Source: an uncultured Caulobacterales bacterium (GTDB lineage Bacteria; Pseudomonadota; Alphaproteobacteria; Caulobacterales; Maricaulaceae). From it: a stretch of DNA of 64,000 nt. Below are positions 10,275 to 19,543 of the stretch, one piece after another. A program made the position numbers and the translations under genes. The stretch lies in contig CALKXY010000022.1 of NCBI GenBank assembly GCA_938003545.1, positions 3,637 to 67,636 of the forward strand, read 5' to 3'. Below the pieces are notes generated by a model. That model ran no database searches. It worked only from the letters and a program-made list of their open reading frames with translations, and had not been told where the DNA came from. The stretch's first letter is position 1. The number at the start of each line of letters is the position of its first letter.

Positions 10275-11285
10275 TTAAACACCCCATTTGGTCTTGTGAA
10301 AATTCCACGCCGTTTGGATAATATTTTCGAGGCTGGAGTGTTGCGGCGTAAAGCCAATAACAGACTCGGCCTTCGCCGCATTCGCGTATAATTTAGTCAA
10401 ATCACCTTCGCGGCGCGGGCCCGCGTCATAAGGCACTGGCAGGCCCGTTACCTCTTCGATCGCCTTGATGATTTGCAAAACGCTATAGCCCTCGCCTGTA
10501 CCTAAATTTAACTCGGCATTGGTCAGACCCGCATCCATAGCGCGGATGGCCTCAATATGCGCCAACGCAATATCATTCACATGGATATAATCGCGCACAC
10601 AAGTGCCGTCCGGCGTGTCGTAATCCGTACCAAAGAGTTTCATCTTTGACCCCAAACCTGCCGCCGCTTTTAGAGCATTAGGAATAAGATGTGTTTCAGG
10701 ATCATGCTCCTCGCCAATATCGCCGCTGGCATCCGCGCCAGAGGCGTTGAAATAGCGGAAAGTCACATAATTCAGACCATAGGCTTTATGGTAACTCTGA
10801 ATTAGATGCTCAATCGCGAGTTTCGTTTTGCCGTAAACGCTAAACGGGTTTTGGATTTCAGATTCCAATAAAGGCATATTCTGCGTCTCGCCATATGTCG
10901 CGCACGTCGAAGAGAAAATGAGGTTATGCGTCTGCGTCTCGCGCATCGCCATCAGCAGGTTGATCGCGCCCATGACATTATTGTCGTAAAATCCCGCAGG
11001 GTCGCGTTCGCCCTCCCCCACTTCAATTGAGCTGGCAAGATGGATGACGCTTTCGACATGATCATGATTGCGAAAAGCCGCGATGGTGTCAGCACGGTCG
11101 CGTAAATCAACGTCGACAAATGGCCCCCATTTCACGGCATGCTCATGTCCAGCAGAGAAATTATCGAATACAATCGGCGTGCCACCATTTTCCGCAATCA
11201 TCTTGCAAACATGCGCGCCAATATAACCACCGCCGCCCACAACAATAATATCGCGGCCATTTAAATTATACGTCGGAGTAGACAT
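10275..11285 (-). CDS. galE: UDP-glucose 4-epimerase
   Basis: GGGGYIGAH, FSSTCATYG, YGKTK, RYFNASGAD and GTCVRDYIHV motifs. Confidence 0.93.
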   Translation of the reverse strand: MSTPTYNLNGRDIIVVGGGGYIGAHVCKMIAENGGTPIVFDNFSAGHEHAVKWGPFVDVDLRDRADTIAAFRNHDHVESVIHLASSIEVGEGERDPAGFYDNNVMGAINLLMAMRETQTHNLIFSSTCATYGETQNMPLLESEIQNPFSVYGKTKLAIEHLIQSYHKAYGLNYVTFRYFNASGADASGDIGEEHDPETHLIPNALKAAAGLGSKMKLFGTDYDTPDGTCVRDYIHVNDIALAHIEAIRAMDAGLTNAELNLGTGEGYSVLQIIKAIEEVTGLPVPYDAGPRREGDLTKLYANAAKAESVIGFTPQHSSLENIIQTAWNFHKTKWGV

Positions 11286-11378
11286 AGGGTTTCCTAACTT
11301 AGGTTAAAAGACGGGCCATTAAGGTGATGTTCGATTTCGAACATATGTGAGGGTGATGCTCTCGATGCAAGTCAAAAC

Positions 11379-12230
11379 CTAACCCGTGATTACATCTCTA
11401 ATTTGCTTCAATGTCTTCAACACATCCCCCGCAGCTGACAGCGGTAAACAGCTCGGCGCATCGCAGAGCGCAGCGTCAGGCTCCGTATGAAACTCAAGGA
11501 AAACACCATCCGCACCTGCCGCGACGGCAGATTTTGCTATCACAGGCACACCTTCGCGGCGACCACCTGTTGATGCGCCAGCGGTGCGCGGGTCAGCCCC
11601 CGGTAATTGCACGGCGTGAGTGGCATCAATCGTCACGGGCACACCTAAATCATGCATCGCGCCAATGCCCAGCATATCGACGACGAGATTATTATAGCCA
11701 AAACTCGTCCCGCGTTCACACAATACGACATCTAGGTCGGGTGCAACTTCGCCGATTTTTGTCACAATATTTTTTGTATCCCACGGCGCGAGGAATTGGG
11801 CTTTTTTGACATGCAAAATTCCACCTGCAGCTTGGGTTGCTTCTGCCATAGCCACAACAAGGTCTGTTTGGCGGCAGAGGAAAGCGGGGAGTTGAACAAT
11901 GTCCGCAATGTCCGCAACGCGCGCGGCTTGAGCGGTTGTATGCACATCTGTGCAGATTGGAACATTCAACTCAGATTTCACCCGCGCCAACATCTCCAAA
12001 CCTGTGTCAATTCCAGGCCCCCGATAGGATGCGATAGAGGAACGGTTCGCTTTGTCGAAACTCGCCTTAAACGCATAAGGCAAACCTAGGTTCTCGCAGA
12101 CCCGCTTCAGCTCCGTCCCGATTTCAAGGGCAAGGCCGATATCCTCAAGCACATTTAATCCGGCGATTACGGCTAAAGGCGCGTCCCCGCCAATTGCCCA
12201 ATCCGTTGTGGAGAGTTTAACCGTTTTCAT
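11379..12230 (-). CDS. kdsA: 3-deoxy-8-phosphooctulonate (KDO8P) synthase
   Basis: FKASFDKANRSS, QLPAFLCRQTDL, ERGTSFGYNNLVVD and DATHAVQ motifs; start placed at ATG 12230. Confidence 0.93.
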   Translation of the reverse strand: MKTVKLSTTDWAIGGDAPLAVIAGLNVLEDIGLALEIGTELKRVCENLGLPYAFKASFDKANRSSIASYRGPGIDTGLEMLARVKSELNVPICTDVHTTAQAARVADIADIVQLPAFLCRQTDLVVAMAEATQAAGGILHVKKAQFLAPWDTKNIVTKIGEVAPDLDVVLCERGTSFGYNNLVVDMLGIGAMHDLGVPVTIDATHAVQLPGADPRTAGASTGGRREGVPVIAKSAVAAGADGVFLEFHTEPDAALCDAPSCLPLSAAGDVLKTLKQIRDVITG

Positions 12231-12314
12231 GACCGAATATCCACTTGTGACAATATGCATGGCGTCTCGCGGATTTGAGCTACACCGTCAAGCGCCGCAA
12301 GAACATTGGTGATC

Positions 12315-13178
12315 TTACGCAAAGACAACGGTCTTATTCCCATTTAATAGAACACGGTCTTCCAAGAGATAAGACACGGCGCGAGACAGAACGCGTTGTT
12401 CTATGCCTCGTCCTTTTCGGATCAAATCCTTAGGCGTATCAACATGGGTGATCTGTTCGACCGCTTGGACAATAATTGGGCCTTCGTCCAAATCCGCTGT
12501 CACGAAATGCGCGGTCGCACCGATCATTTTGACGCCGCGGTCATAGGCTTGATGATAGGGTTTCGCCCCTTTGAAGCCAGGGAGGAAGCTATGATGGATA
12601 TTGACACATCGTCCCGATAAAAAGCTCGCGAAATCATTTGAGAGAATTTGCATATAGCGGGCCAATACAACAAGCTCCGCATTTGTTTGCTCTATAATGG
12701 CTTTAACCTGCGCCTCTTGTTGTGGCTTGGTCGCCTTTGTGATCGGCAAATGATGATATGGAATATCGCCGAAGTTTTTCAAATTGAGGGAGGCCTTCGG
12801 GTGGTTTGACACAATCGCGACGACGGTCATGTCTAATTCCCCAACCCGCATACGATAGAGCAAATCTGCCAAGCAATGGTCGAATTTGGACACCATTAGC
12901 ACGACCCGTTTTTTACGTCGGCGATCCGTGAGCGTCCATTGCAAGTCTAAGGTCTCCGCAAGCGAGGCCAGTTGAGCGGATAAGGTATTTGGCAATGCAT
13001 CAATGGACGAAAACCCAAAAACAACACGCATAAAAAATGTATCACTCGTGCCATCTTTGTGCTGCTGCGCACTCAAAATATTTGCGCCAAGATCAAAAAG
13101 AAACCCACTAACCTTCGCGACGATCCCTGGTCGATCCGGGCATGAAAAGGTCAGATTAAATGTTGGTGCGTCGGTCAT
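12315..13178 (-). CDS. purU: Formyltetrahydrofolate deformylase
   Basis: ACT domain [32 protein letters not shown] and LDEGPII motifs. Confidence 0.93.
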   Translation of the reverse strand: MTDAPTFNLTFSCPDRPGIVAKVSGFLFDLGANILSAQQHKDGTSDTFFMRVVFGFSSIDALPNTLSAQLASLAETLDLQWTLTDRRRKKRVVLMVSKFDHCLADLLYRMRVGELDMTVVAIVSNHPKASLNLKNFGDIPYHHLPITKATKPQQEAQVKAIIEQTNAELVVLARYMQILSNDFASFLSGRCVNIHHSFLPGFKGAKPYHQAYDRGVKMIGATAHFVTADLDEGPIIVQAVEQITHVDTPKDLIRKGRGIEQRVLSRAVSYLLEDRVLLNGNKTVVFA

Positions 13179-13264
13179 AAGGTCTCGGATGAATACAGGG
13201 TTTGGCCGTCCATAAAGTGTTTCTTCCCGAACTTAAACTCTGAAACTTACGCGGTGAGTTAGCC

Positions 13265-15907
13265 TTAAACCCAAGGCGTTGGCATGATCCGATGACCACC
13301 AAGCCGAGTCGTTGCACCCTGATGACAAGATAAATATAGGATTTGAATAGGGGCTTCACCTGAACTGGCCTCTGCGCTGACATGGTTCAAAACGTCAAAC
13401 ATCGCATCGCGCCGCGCGTCATCTGCATAGACCAAGGCATCATCCAAAATCACAGGCGCGCTTGACCCGCCCCGCGCTAATAACCGCGCATAAGCCAAGC
13501 GCGTGAGGATCGCGAATTGCTCCTGCGTCCCGCCAGAGAGCTGCGTGATAGCCTCACTCCGCCCATCACGGTGAACTGTATCAACGCCTAAATTATCCCC
13601 TAATCCAGCGCGTGCGCCCGGAATAACCATAGACAAGAGCGGTTCGAGTTCTTTCGCAACAGGAGTCGTATAAGCCGCACGCAGGCGCGATTGCGTTTGG
13701 GTGAGCGTGTCCCGCAAAAGAACCCGTACATCTTTCGCTTGGGTATGTTGCGCAAGCGTGTCCTCTTGCTGCTGTAATTGCGCCGCCAAGGCTTTAACTT
13801 TGGCGTCTGCATCTTCGCCCTCAAATGCCGCATCGCGCCGCGCGCTTAATCCGGCGGCTTGTGTCTTCAACGCCTCCAAACCTTTGCGGGATTGCGCCGC
13901 CACATTTTCCAAACGAGATAATCTTGCGACCAACATATCTAGCGGTTGCGAAGGAGCTTGCGCTATCATCTCTTCAACGCCTGCGATCGCGGCGCGGGCG
14001 TCGGCTTCGAATTTTAATTTTTCCGCGGCCAAAGCATCGGCCTGTTGACGGCGGTCCATTTCAGATTCAGGTAAATCCAAACCTGCCACACGTTCATTTA
14101 ATCGTACCCGCTCGCTCTCAATTTTCGCAGCCTCGGCGTGTTGGCGCGCAACTGTCTCGTTTAGAACATCTAGTTTCGCCCTTAAGGCCCGCAGCACGTC
14201 CGCCGCATCCGTTTCATCTTCTGCCTCCAGTTCAGAGCCAAGGTCAGAGAGTGCATCCGATAGGCCTTCGGCCTCGGCTTGACCTGAGGATAAATCTGTT
14301 TCTAAGGCGTCTCGGCCTTGCGGGGCAAGGCGCGCAATATCTGCGGTAAGCCGTTTCCGGTCGGCTTCGAAAGCATGTCGTTGATCAGCAGCTCGCATCG
14401 CATCCGCCACGTCTTCAACACCAAACTGCGCCAGCAATGCTTGATACTCAGATTGCAAACGCATTTGATCGAATGACAATTCGCGCAGGCGGCCATCATC
14501 ACTTCGGAGGTGGCCGATACCAGACAATTCTAAAACGGCATCGCCCGAAAGTTCAAATGCGCCGCTCGTTAATATTTCCCCATCAACACTGACCTTCCCT
14601 TTGCCCTCAGGCGTAAGCTCCAAGAAAAGGCGTGTAGAAAGCGCCGATAATTCAGCGTCAACTTGGCGTTTCTCGTCTGCGGCACGGCGCAATGTTTCGA
14701 CATCTGCGCGGCGGATAGACGGCAGATCAGCTATGGCGTCGGTTAATTTTGAGAGTTCATTGTGAAGCTGATCCAAATCTTGCAAGAGCAAGGTAAGGCG
14801 CGCAATATCGCGTCCGATATCTTCTAATCTCTGTGTCTTTCGAGTTAAGGTTTCACGGCGCGATCGCATACGGCCTAAGTCGGCCATGCGCGCATCCAAG
14901 ACATCTATCTCAGCTCGCAACGCCTCGCGTTTCGTTTGCGTGTCGGCCTGCACGTGTATTTGTTTTTCATAGGCTTCATCAAGAGCTGAGAGTTTGGCCG
15001 TCGCATCATTATAGGCAACTAACTTTTCTATCTGTACCGCTTGCCGCGCCGCCGCACGCACAGCTGCATCGCTGGCTTGATCACGTTTAGCTTCCAGTAA
15101 GGCCAGCGCATTTGCGAAACTCCGCGCGCCCGTTATGGCCTCGCGCGTCTGCGTAATCTGCGCAATCATATCGTATTCGGTTGTCTCGGATTGCAAGCGG
15201 ATGATCTCTGCTTTTACGCGGGATAGTTCTACACCTGTCGCTTTGGTTAAGTCCCGCAAACGTATCGCTTCTGCCAGCTCACTGCGGGTGGCATCAACGG
15301 CGGCTTGCGCGGTTTGTAACGGTCCACCTTTTTTCGGAGCCCCTGTTTTGGTGAGGTAAGCGGCTAATTCTGTTTCAACACGGGTCAGGTAATCACGAGC
15401 TTTTTCTCCACCGACGAGTGTGCCCAATTCACCCTCCAAGCGTGAGGCCACTTGTCCATCATCGCGCACGCCATCCATGGAACGGCCTTGACGCACCCAA
15501 AGCAAACCTGATGGGCCATCCTGGAGATTTGCGGCGCGCAGAAGGTCGCTCACTTTTTCTTCTGCTGCTCGATCCGTCGCCAATATAGCGCCCGTTTCTG
15601 TATCCTGTAACTGGGCACCTTTCTTTTTTAGAAAAGTCTTCGTCAGACGATAAGATCGCCCAGCAGAGACAAAGGTAATCTCACCCTCTGGCCCTTCAAT
15701 TGATCCAGCTGTTTGTAAGGCTTTGACATCTTGTCGCGTACTAGAAAAAGGTTTGAACAAAAAAATGGCTAAGGCTTCTAGGAGTGTAGATTTCCCAAAC
15801 TCATTGGTTTGGCAGACAACATTCAACCCGTGTGAGAAATTCTCAAGCGCGATACCGTCTGCGCCAAATGGTCCAACATGCCGAAATTTGAGACTGGTGA
15901 GCCTCAT
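13265..15907 (-). CDS. Rad50/SbcC-like coiled-coil ABC ATPase (YhaN-like)
   Basis: Walker A NEFGKSTL, long coiled coil, signature LSGGTQEQ, Walker B/D-loop VILDDALVYADD; overlaps the upstream nuclease gene by ATGA. Confidence 0.85.
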   Translation of the reverse strand: MRLTSLKFRHVGPFGADGIALENFSHGLNVVCQTNEFGKSTLLEALAIFLFKPFSSTRQDVKALQTAGSIEGPEGEITFVSAGRSYRLTKTFLKKKGAQLQDTETGAILATDRAAEEKVSDLLRAANLQDGPSGLLWVRQGRSMDGVRDDGQVASRLEGELGTLVGGEKARDYLTRVETELAAYLTKTGAPKKGGPLQTAQAAVDATRSELAEAIRLRDLTKATGVELSRVKAEIIRLQSETTEYDMIAQITQTREAITGARSFANALALLEAKRDQASDAAVRAAARQAVQIEKLVAYNDATAKLSALDEAYEKQIHVQADTQTKREALRAEIDVLDARMADLGRMRSRRETLTRKTQRLEDIGRDIARLTLLLQDLDQLHNELSKLTDAIADLPSIRRADVETLRRAADEKRQVDAELSALSTRLFLELTPEGKGKVSVDGEILTSGAFELSGDAVLELSGIGHLRSDDGRLRELSFDQMRLQSEYQALLAQFGVEDVADAMRAADQRHAFEADRKRLTADIARLAPQGRDALETDLSSGQAEAEGLSDALSDLGSELEAEDETDAADVLRALRAKLDVLNETVARQHAEAAKIESERVRLNERVAGLDLPESEMDRRQQADALAAEKLKFEADARAAIAGVEEMIAQAPSQPLDMLVARLSRLENVAAQSRKGLEALKTQAAGLSARRDAAFEGEDADAKVKALAAQLQQQEDTLAQHTQAKDVRVLLRDTLTQTQSRLRAAYTTPVAKELEPLLSMVIPGARAGLGDNLGVDTVHRDGRSEAITQLSGGTQEQFAILTRLAYARLLARGGSSAPVILDDALVYADDARRDAMFDVLNHVSAEASSGEAPIQILYLSCHQGATTRLGGHRIMPTPWV

Positions 15908-17037
15908 ACCGTTTCCCCCGCATATCGAAACAACAACCGCAGAGCCTCTGATGCAATCTGGCGATCTTCGCGCGAAATATCAGGGTCTTCTGAACGCGTC
16001 ATCAAGACCTCCGCCGCTTCGCGCACAGACCCTTGTGCGTCGAGAGCTTCAATATCTTCAGGTACGACGACGAGGCGTACATCGCCCTCACCGCGCAGAT
16101 CAAGCGACGCCGTCTCGCCGCGCATCTCGTCAATAAAACGCTCAAAACTCGCCCATTCCGCAACGGTCATCTCGCCAGATACATCCAAACGCGCATGTGT
16201 ACGGCGCAGCGGTTGCCCCGTTGTCAATGTCTCCCGCAACGCCTCTAAAGCGGCGTCAACCGTTTCAGGACTGAGGGTCGGCGTCAGTACGGGCCAATCA
16301 TATTGCCCTGTTGAAATCGCTTGCACCTTGGGCGGCGCGCCCGTCTCTAAGGTCACAGCCAGCACTTGGCCGCGGTCACCAGATTTATGTCGATCTGGTT
16401 CTGGCGTGCCGGGATATTGAAGTTTGGCATTGATCTCGCGGCGCGCATGCCAATCCCCGAGCGCCAGATAATCCAAACGGGCAGTTTCGACGCGGCTGGG
16501 CGGAATAATCTCGCGGTCCGTATCGCCCTCTGTGCCAAAACCTTGAACGGAGCCATGCGCCAACCCAATCCGCAGCGCGCCTGCAGGTGTCTGCGCCGCA
16601 TCCATCCAAACCGTCAAATCCTGACCATGTTGAATCCGTGCCCAGGGTGCAGGCAGAAGAAAAACGCCTGGTTCAATTTCGATGGACAACGCCTCCCGCA
16701 AGGTGTGGACATTTGCAGGCTTTATTGCGTCAATACGGTCCCACAATCCATCCGGCCCATCCGGGTCATGATTGCCCGGCAGCAGCCACCACTGAATATC
16801 TGGCGCTTCGCCCATAATCGCCAAAGGTTGCCGCAGTGTCGGATTAGACGGAATGGCGCTGTCCCAAACATCGCCCGCAACGACGACATGTTGTGCGCCT
16901 TGCGCGCGAGCAACTTCGGCTATGCGTTCAATTACCGCCTGCCGTGCCAAACGTAATGCCCCCGCAGCTTCAAGCGAAAACTGCCCAAAACTTTTCCCGA
17001 GCTGCCAATCAGCTGTATGGATGAAGGTAAATGCCAT
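15904..17037 (-). CDS. Mre11/SbcD-like metallophosphoesterase nuclease (YhaO-like)
   Basis: HTADWQLG, AGDVWD, PGNHD, AHGS and LGDWH motifs; likely start ATG 17037. Confidence 0.88.
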   Translation of the reverse strand: MAFTFIHTADWQLGKSFGQFSLEAAGALRLARQAVIERIAEVARAQGAQHVVVAGDVWDSAIPSNPTLRQPLAIMGEAPDIQWWLLPGNHDPDGPDGLWDRIDAIKPANVHTLREALSIEIEPGVFLLPAPWARIQHGQDLTVWMDAAQTPAGALRIGLAHGSVQGFGTEGDTDREIIPPSRVETARLDYLALGDWHARREINAKLQYPGTPEPDRHKSGDRGQVLAVTLETGAPPKVQAISTGQYDWPVLTPTLSPETVDAALEALRETLTTGQPLRRTHARLDVSGEMTVAEWASFERFIDEMRGETASLDLRGEGDVRLVVVPEDIEALDAQGSVREAAEVLMTRSEDPDISREDRQIASEALRLLFRYAGETV

Positions 17038-17153
17038 TCCGTAACAGGACCGCGCGGAACGAGTCGGGTCAAGTACGACATGCAATCCACCCCCTCTTAT
17101 TTAACAGGCAAAGCCAAGCACGACCTTTTGGAAATATGACAAAGTTGCAATAT

Positions 17154-17206
17154 AAACGACACTTGTCGTTTTAAACTTGTATTACGACATATGTCGTTGT
17201 AATAAT
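17154..17206 (+). promoter_or_regulatory. Tandem BlaI-type operators overlapping a sigma70-like promoter
   Basis: ACGAC-N4-GTCGT palindromes at 17156-17169 and 17184-17197; TTGTAT at 17177-17182 and AATAAT at 17201-17206, 5 nt before the ATG. Confidence 0.7.
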
Positions 17207-17211
17207 GTTTC

Positions 17212-17589
17212 ATGAGCAAAACCACCAAACCATCGGCTGCTGAAACAGCCATCCTTTCCATTCTTTGGGCACATCAGCCCAGCACGGTTAAAGCGGTGCA
17301 CGCAAAGCTGAGCGAAACAAAGGATGTTGGCTACACGACAACCTTAAAACAAATTCAGCGTATGCATGAAAAAGGTCTTGTGACCCGCACGCGCGGCGAA
17401 GGTCGGTCTTTCCTCTACAGTGCCACACAAACAGAAGATCGAACCAAATCGGTCCTTTATGAACGTTTTGTTCAAAACGCATTTGGCGGGTCCACGAGCG
17501 AACTCGTTATGCATGCCTTGGGCAATGAAAAAACGTCAGAGGCGGAGATCGACGCGATCAAAGCCTTCATTGCCAAGCTCGAAAATTAA
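17212..17589 (+). CDS. BlaI/MecI/CopY family repressor
   Basis: SAAETAILSILW...TVKAVH...VGYTTTLKQIQRMHEKGLVTR winged helix; C-terminal AFGGSTSELVMHAL. Confidence 0.9.
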   Translation: MSKTTKPSAAETAILSILWAHQPSTVKAVHAKLSETKDVGYTTTLKQIQRMHEKGLVTRTRGEGRSFLYSATQTEDRTKSVLYERFVQNAFGGSTSELVMHALGNEKTSEAEIDAIKAFIAKLEN

Positions 17590-17600
17590 GGGAGACGAAA

Positions 17601-19505
17601 ATGGGAATGGAGTTCACGCATGTTTTGGACAGCCTGGGATGGGCGGTTCTTCATTCAATTTGGCAGGGCGGATTTGCCCTCCTCGCTGTTGTCATCTGGC
17701 GCTTGGCATTACGGGGGAAATCTCCGGCTTTGCGTCACGCCGGACAACTCGCGGCACTGGTTGGCTGTTTAGGCGCGTTTCTTTGGACATTTGCCGCCTA
17801 TCTCGGCCAAACTCCTGCAGCGTTTGAAAGAGGTGCCACTCTTTTAAACGCTGCAGGACACACTGGAGGATCGACCGGATTGGCCGGCTTTATTCCGCCA
17901 TTTGACCCCGGGGTTCTTGTCGGCAAAACAGATTTCAATATATCCCGCATAACACCTGTCTTAGCGTGTCTCTGGGCGCTCGGCTTTGCCCTTATGAGCT
18001 TGCGTTACGCTTTTGCCTTTGGCCAAGTGCAACAGCTCCGCGTGATGGGTGTTTCGACCCCAAACCAAGAATGGCACGGACGCTTTTATCAGCTTTTGCG
18101 TCAAAGCGGCGTGTCAGACCGTGTAGAACTTTTAATTTCTTCTAATATTAACGGCCCCATCACATTCGGAATGCTGAAACCCGTTGTGTTAGTCCCTGTC
18201 GGGTTTCTTTCGGGCCTGCCAGTAGACCAAGTTGAAGCCATCCTTCTGCATGAACTCGCCCATATTCGCAGGTATGACTATGCGCTCAACCTGATCCAAA
18301 CAGCCGTTAAAACGGTACTTTTCTACCATCCTGCTATTCATATTATCGCCCGTTGGACTGACCGTGATCGCGAACAAGCCTGTGACGATCTAGCCGTACG
18401 CCAAGGGCGTGACCCGCTTGCCCTCGTCCGCGGATTGGCGGCCTTACGGTTACAAACACAGCCTACGCTTGGCCTTGCTGCAACGGGGACAGGCGAAGAC
18501 ACACCTCTCATGGCAAGACTGACACGTCTTACTGGACACTCACCACATCGCGGACGCCCTGAACATGTCATGATGTCTGTGCTCAGTGCACTCCTCATCG
18601 GATCAGTATATTTAGGTAGCACAGCCAATGCGCATCCGGTTCCTCCGGTCGCACCGGCCCTGCCAGACACGGTCATCGCCGCAGCTCCCGTTCCGCCAAC
18701 TCCCCCTGTGCCGCCCGTTTTACCTCCCTTAAATCTCAACCAAATAACGACTGAGATAAGCCTTCAAAATATCATGAAGGCTGACAAGTCGCGTTATAAA
18801 GACTTCGAAAAATCGATGGCGCGATATGAGAAAAATTTAGACGTATATTTAGAAAACAACTCATTCTCAGATGAAGACATCAAAGCCTTTGAAGAACAAT
18901 TTGAAGACTTAGCCGATAACATGAATGACATCTTCAAAGAGCGTCGCGAAGAAATTAAAGATCGGCATGAAAGCTATATGGGCGCCAAAATTCAAGGCCT
19001 GAAAGCCGCCGATGAAGGCTTGGCCGCAGCGCAACAAAACCTAATCCGCGACGGTAACGAAGCCGTATATGACGCACAAATAAAAGCCATGTCAGACGCT
19101 CGTAAAGATATTCAGTATCAATTTGCGCAAGCTGAAGCGCAGACAGCACAAGCACAAAAACAGGCTATGAAAGCGAAAGCTCACGCCCAGTATGATCAAA
19201 CCACGCGCATCCGTCACGAAAATTTTCGTGATACCGTCATGACTGAACTCCTCAAAGACGGCTTGATCAAAACTACGGACGAGACGGTTTTTCTTTCTCA
19301 CCCTAACAGTGTCAACGCCATGAGCTTGAACGGCAAAACTCTACCGCCTAACTATAGAGGCAAATATTGCAAACTTCTCGACGCACACGGATTTAGCGAT
19401 ACTAAGTCACAGATCACGATAAAGCCTGACAGCCTAACTATCCTCACAGATTGGAAGAATGGGCAGCACACGACACGTGTAACCTATGGCACTCACATCA
19501 ATTGA
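17601..19505 (+). CDS. M56 family (BlaR1/MecR1-like) membrane zinc protease with Pro-rich linker and helical periplasmic domain
   Basis: LHSIWQG, P..FG...PVVLVP, HELAHIRRYD, LFYHP, REQACDDLAV motifs and several TM segments. Confidence 0.88.
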   Translation: MGMEFTHVLDSLGWAVLHSIWQGGFALLAVVIWRLALRGKSPALRHAGQLAALVGCLGAFLWTFAAYLGQTPAAFERGATLLNAAGHTGGSTGLAGFIPPFDPGVLVGKTDFNISRITPVLACLWALGFALMSLRYAFAFGQVQQLRVMGVSTPNQEWHGRFYQLLRQSGVSDRVELLISSNINGPITFGMLKPVVLVPVGFLSGLPVDQVEAILLHELAHIRRYDYALNLIQTAVKTVLFYHPAIHIIARWTDRDREQACDDLAVRQGRDPLALVRGLAALRLQTQPTLGLAATGTGEDTPLMARLTRLTGHSPHRGRPEHVMMSVLSALLIGSVYLGSTANAHPVPPVAPALPDTVIAAAPVPPTPPVPPVLPPLNLNQITTEISLQNIMKADKSRYKDFEKSMARYEKNLDVYLENNSFSDEDIKAFEEQFEDLADNMNDIFKERREEIKDRHESYMGAKIQGLKAADEGLAAAQQNLIRDGNEAVYDAQIKAMSDARKDIQYQFAQAEAQTAQAQKQAMKAKAHAQYDQTTRIRHENFRDTVMTELLKDGLIKTTDETVFLSHPNSVNAMSLNGKTLPPNYRGKYCKLLDAHGFSDTKSQITIKPDSLTILTDWKNGQHTTRVTYGTHIN

Positions 19506-19543
19506 TCCCCCTCTTCACATCTAGACAAACCTAGAGATTCATC

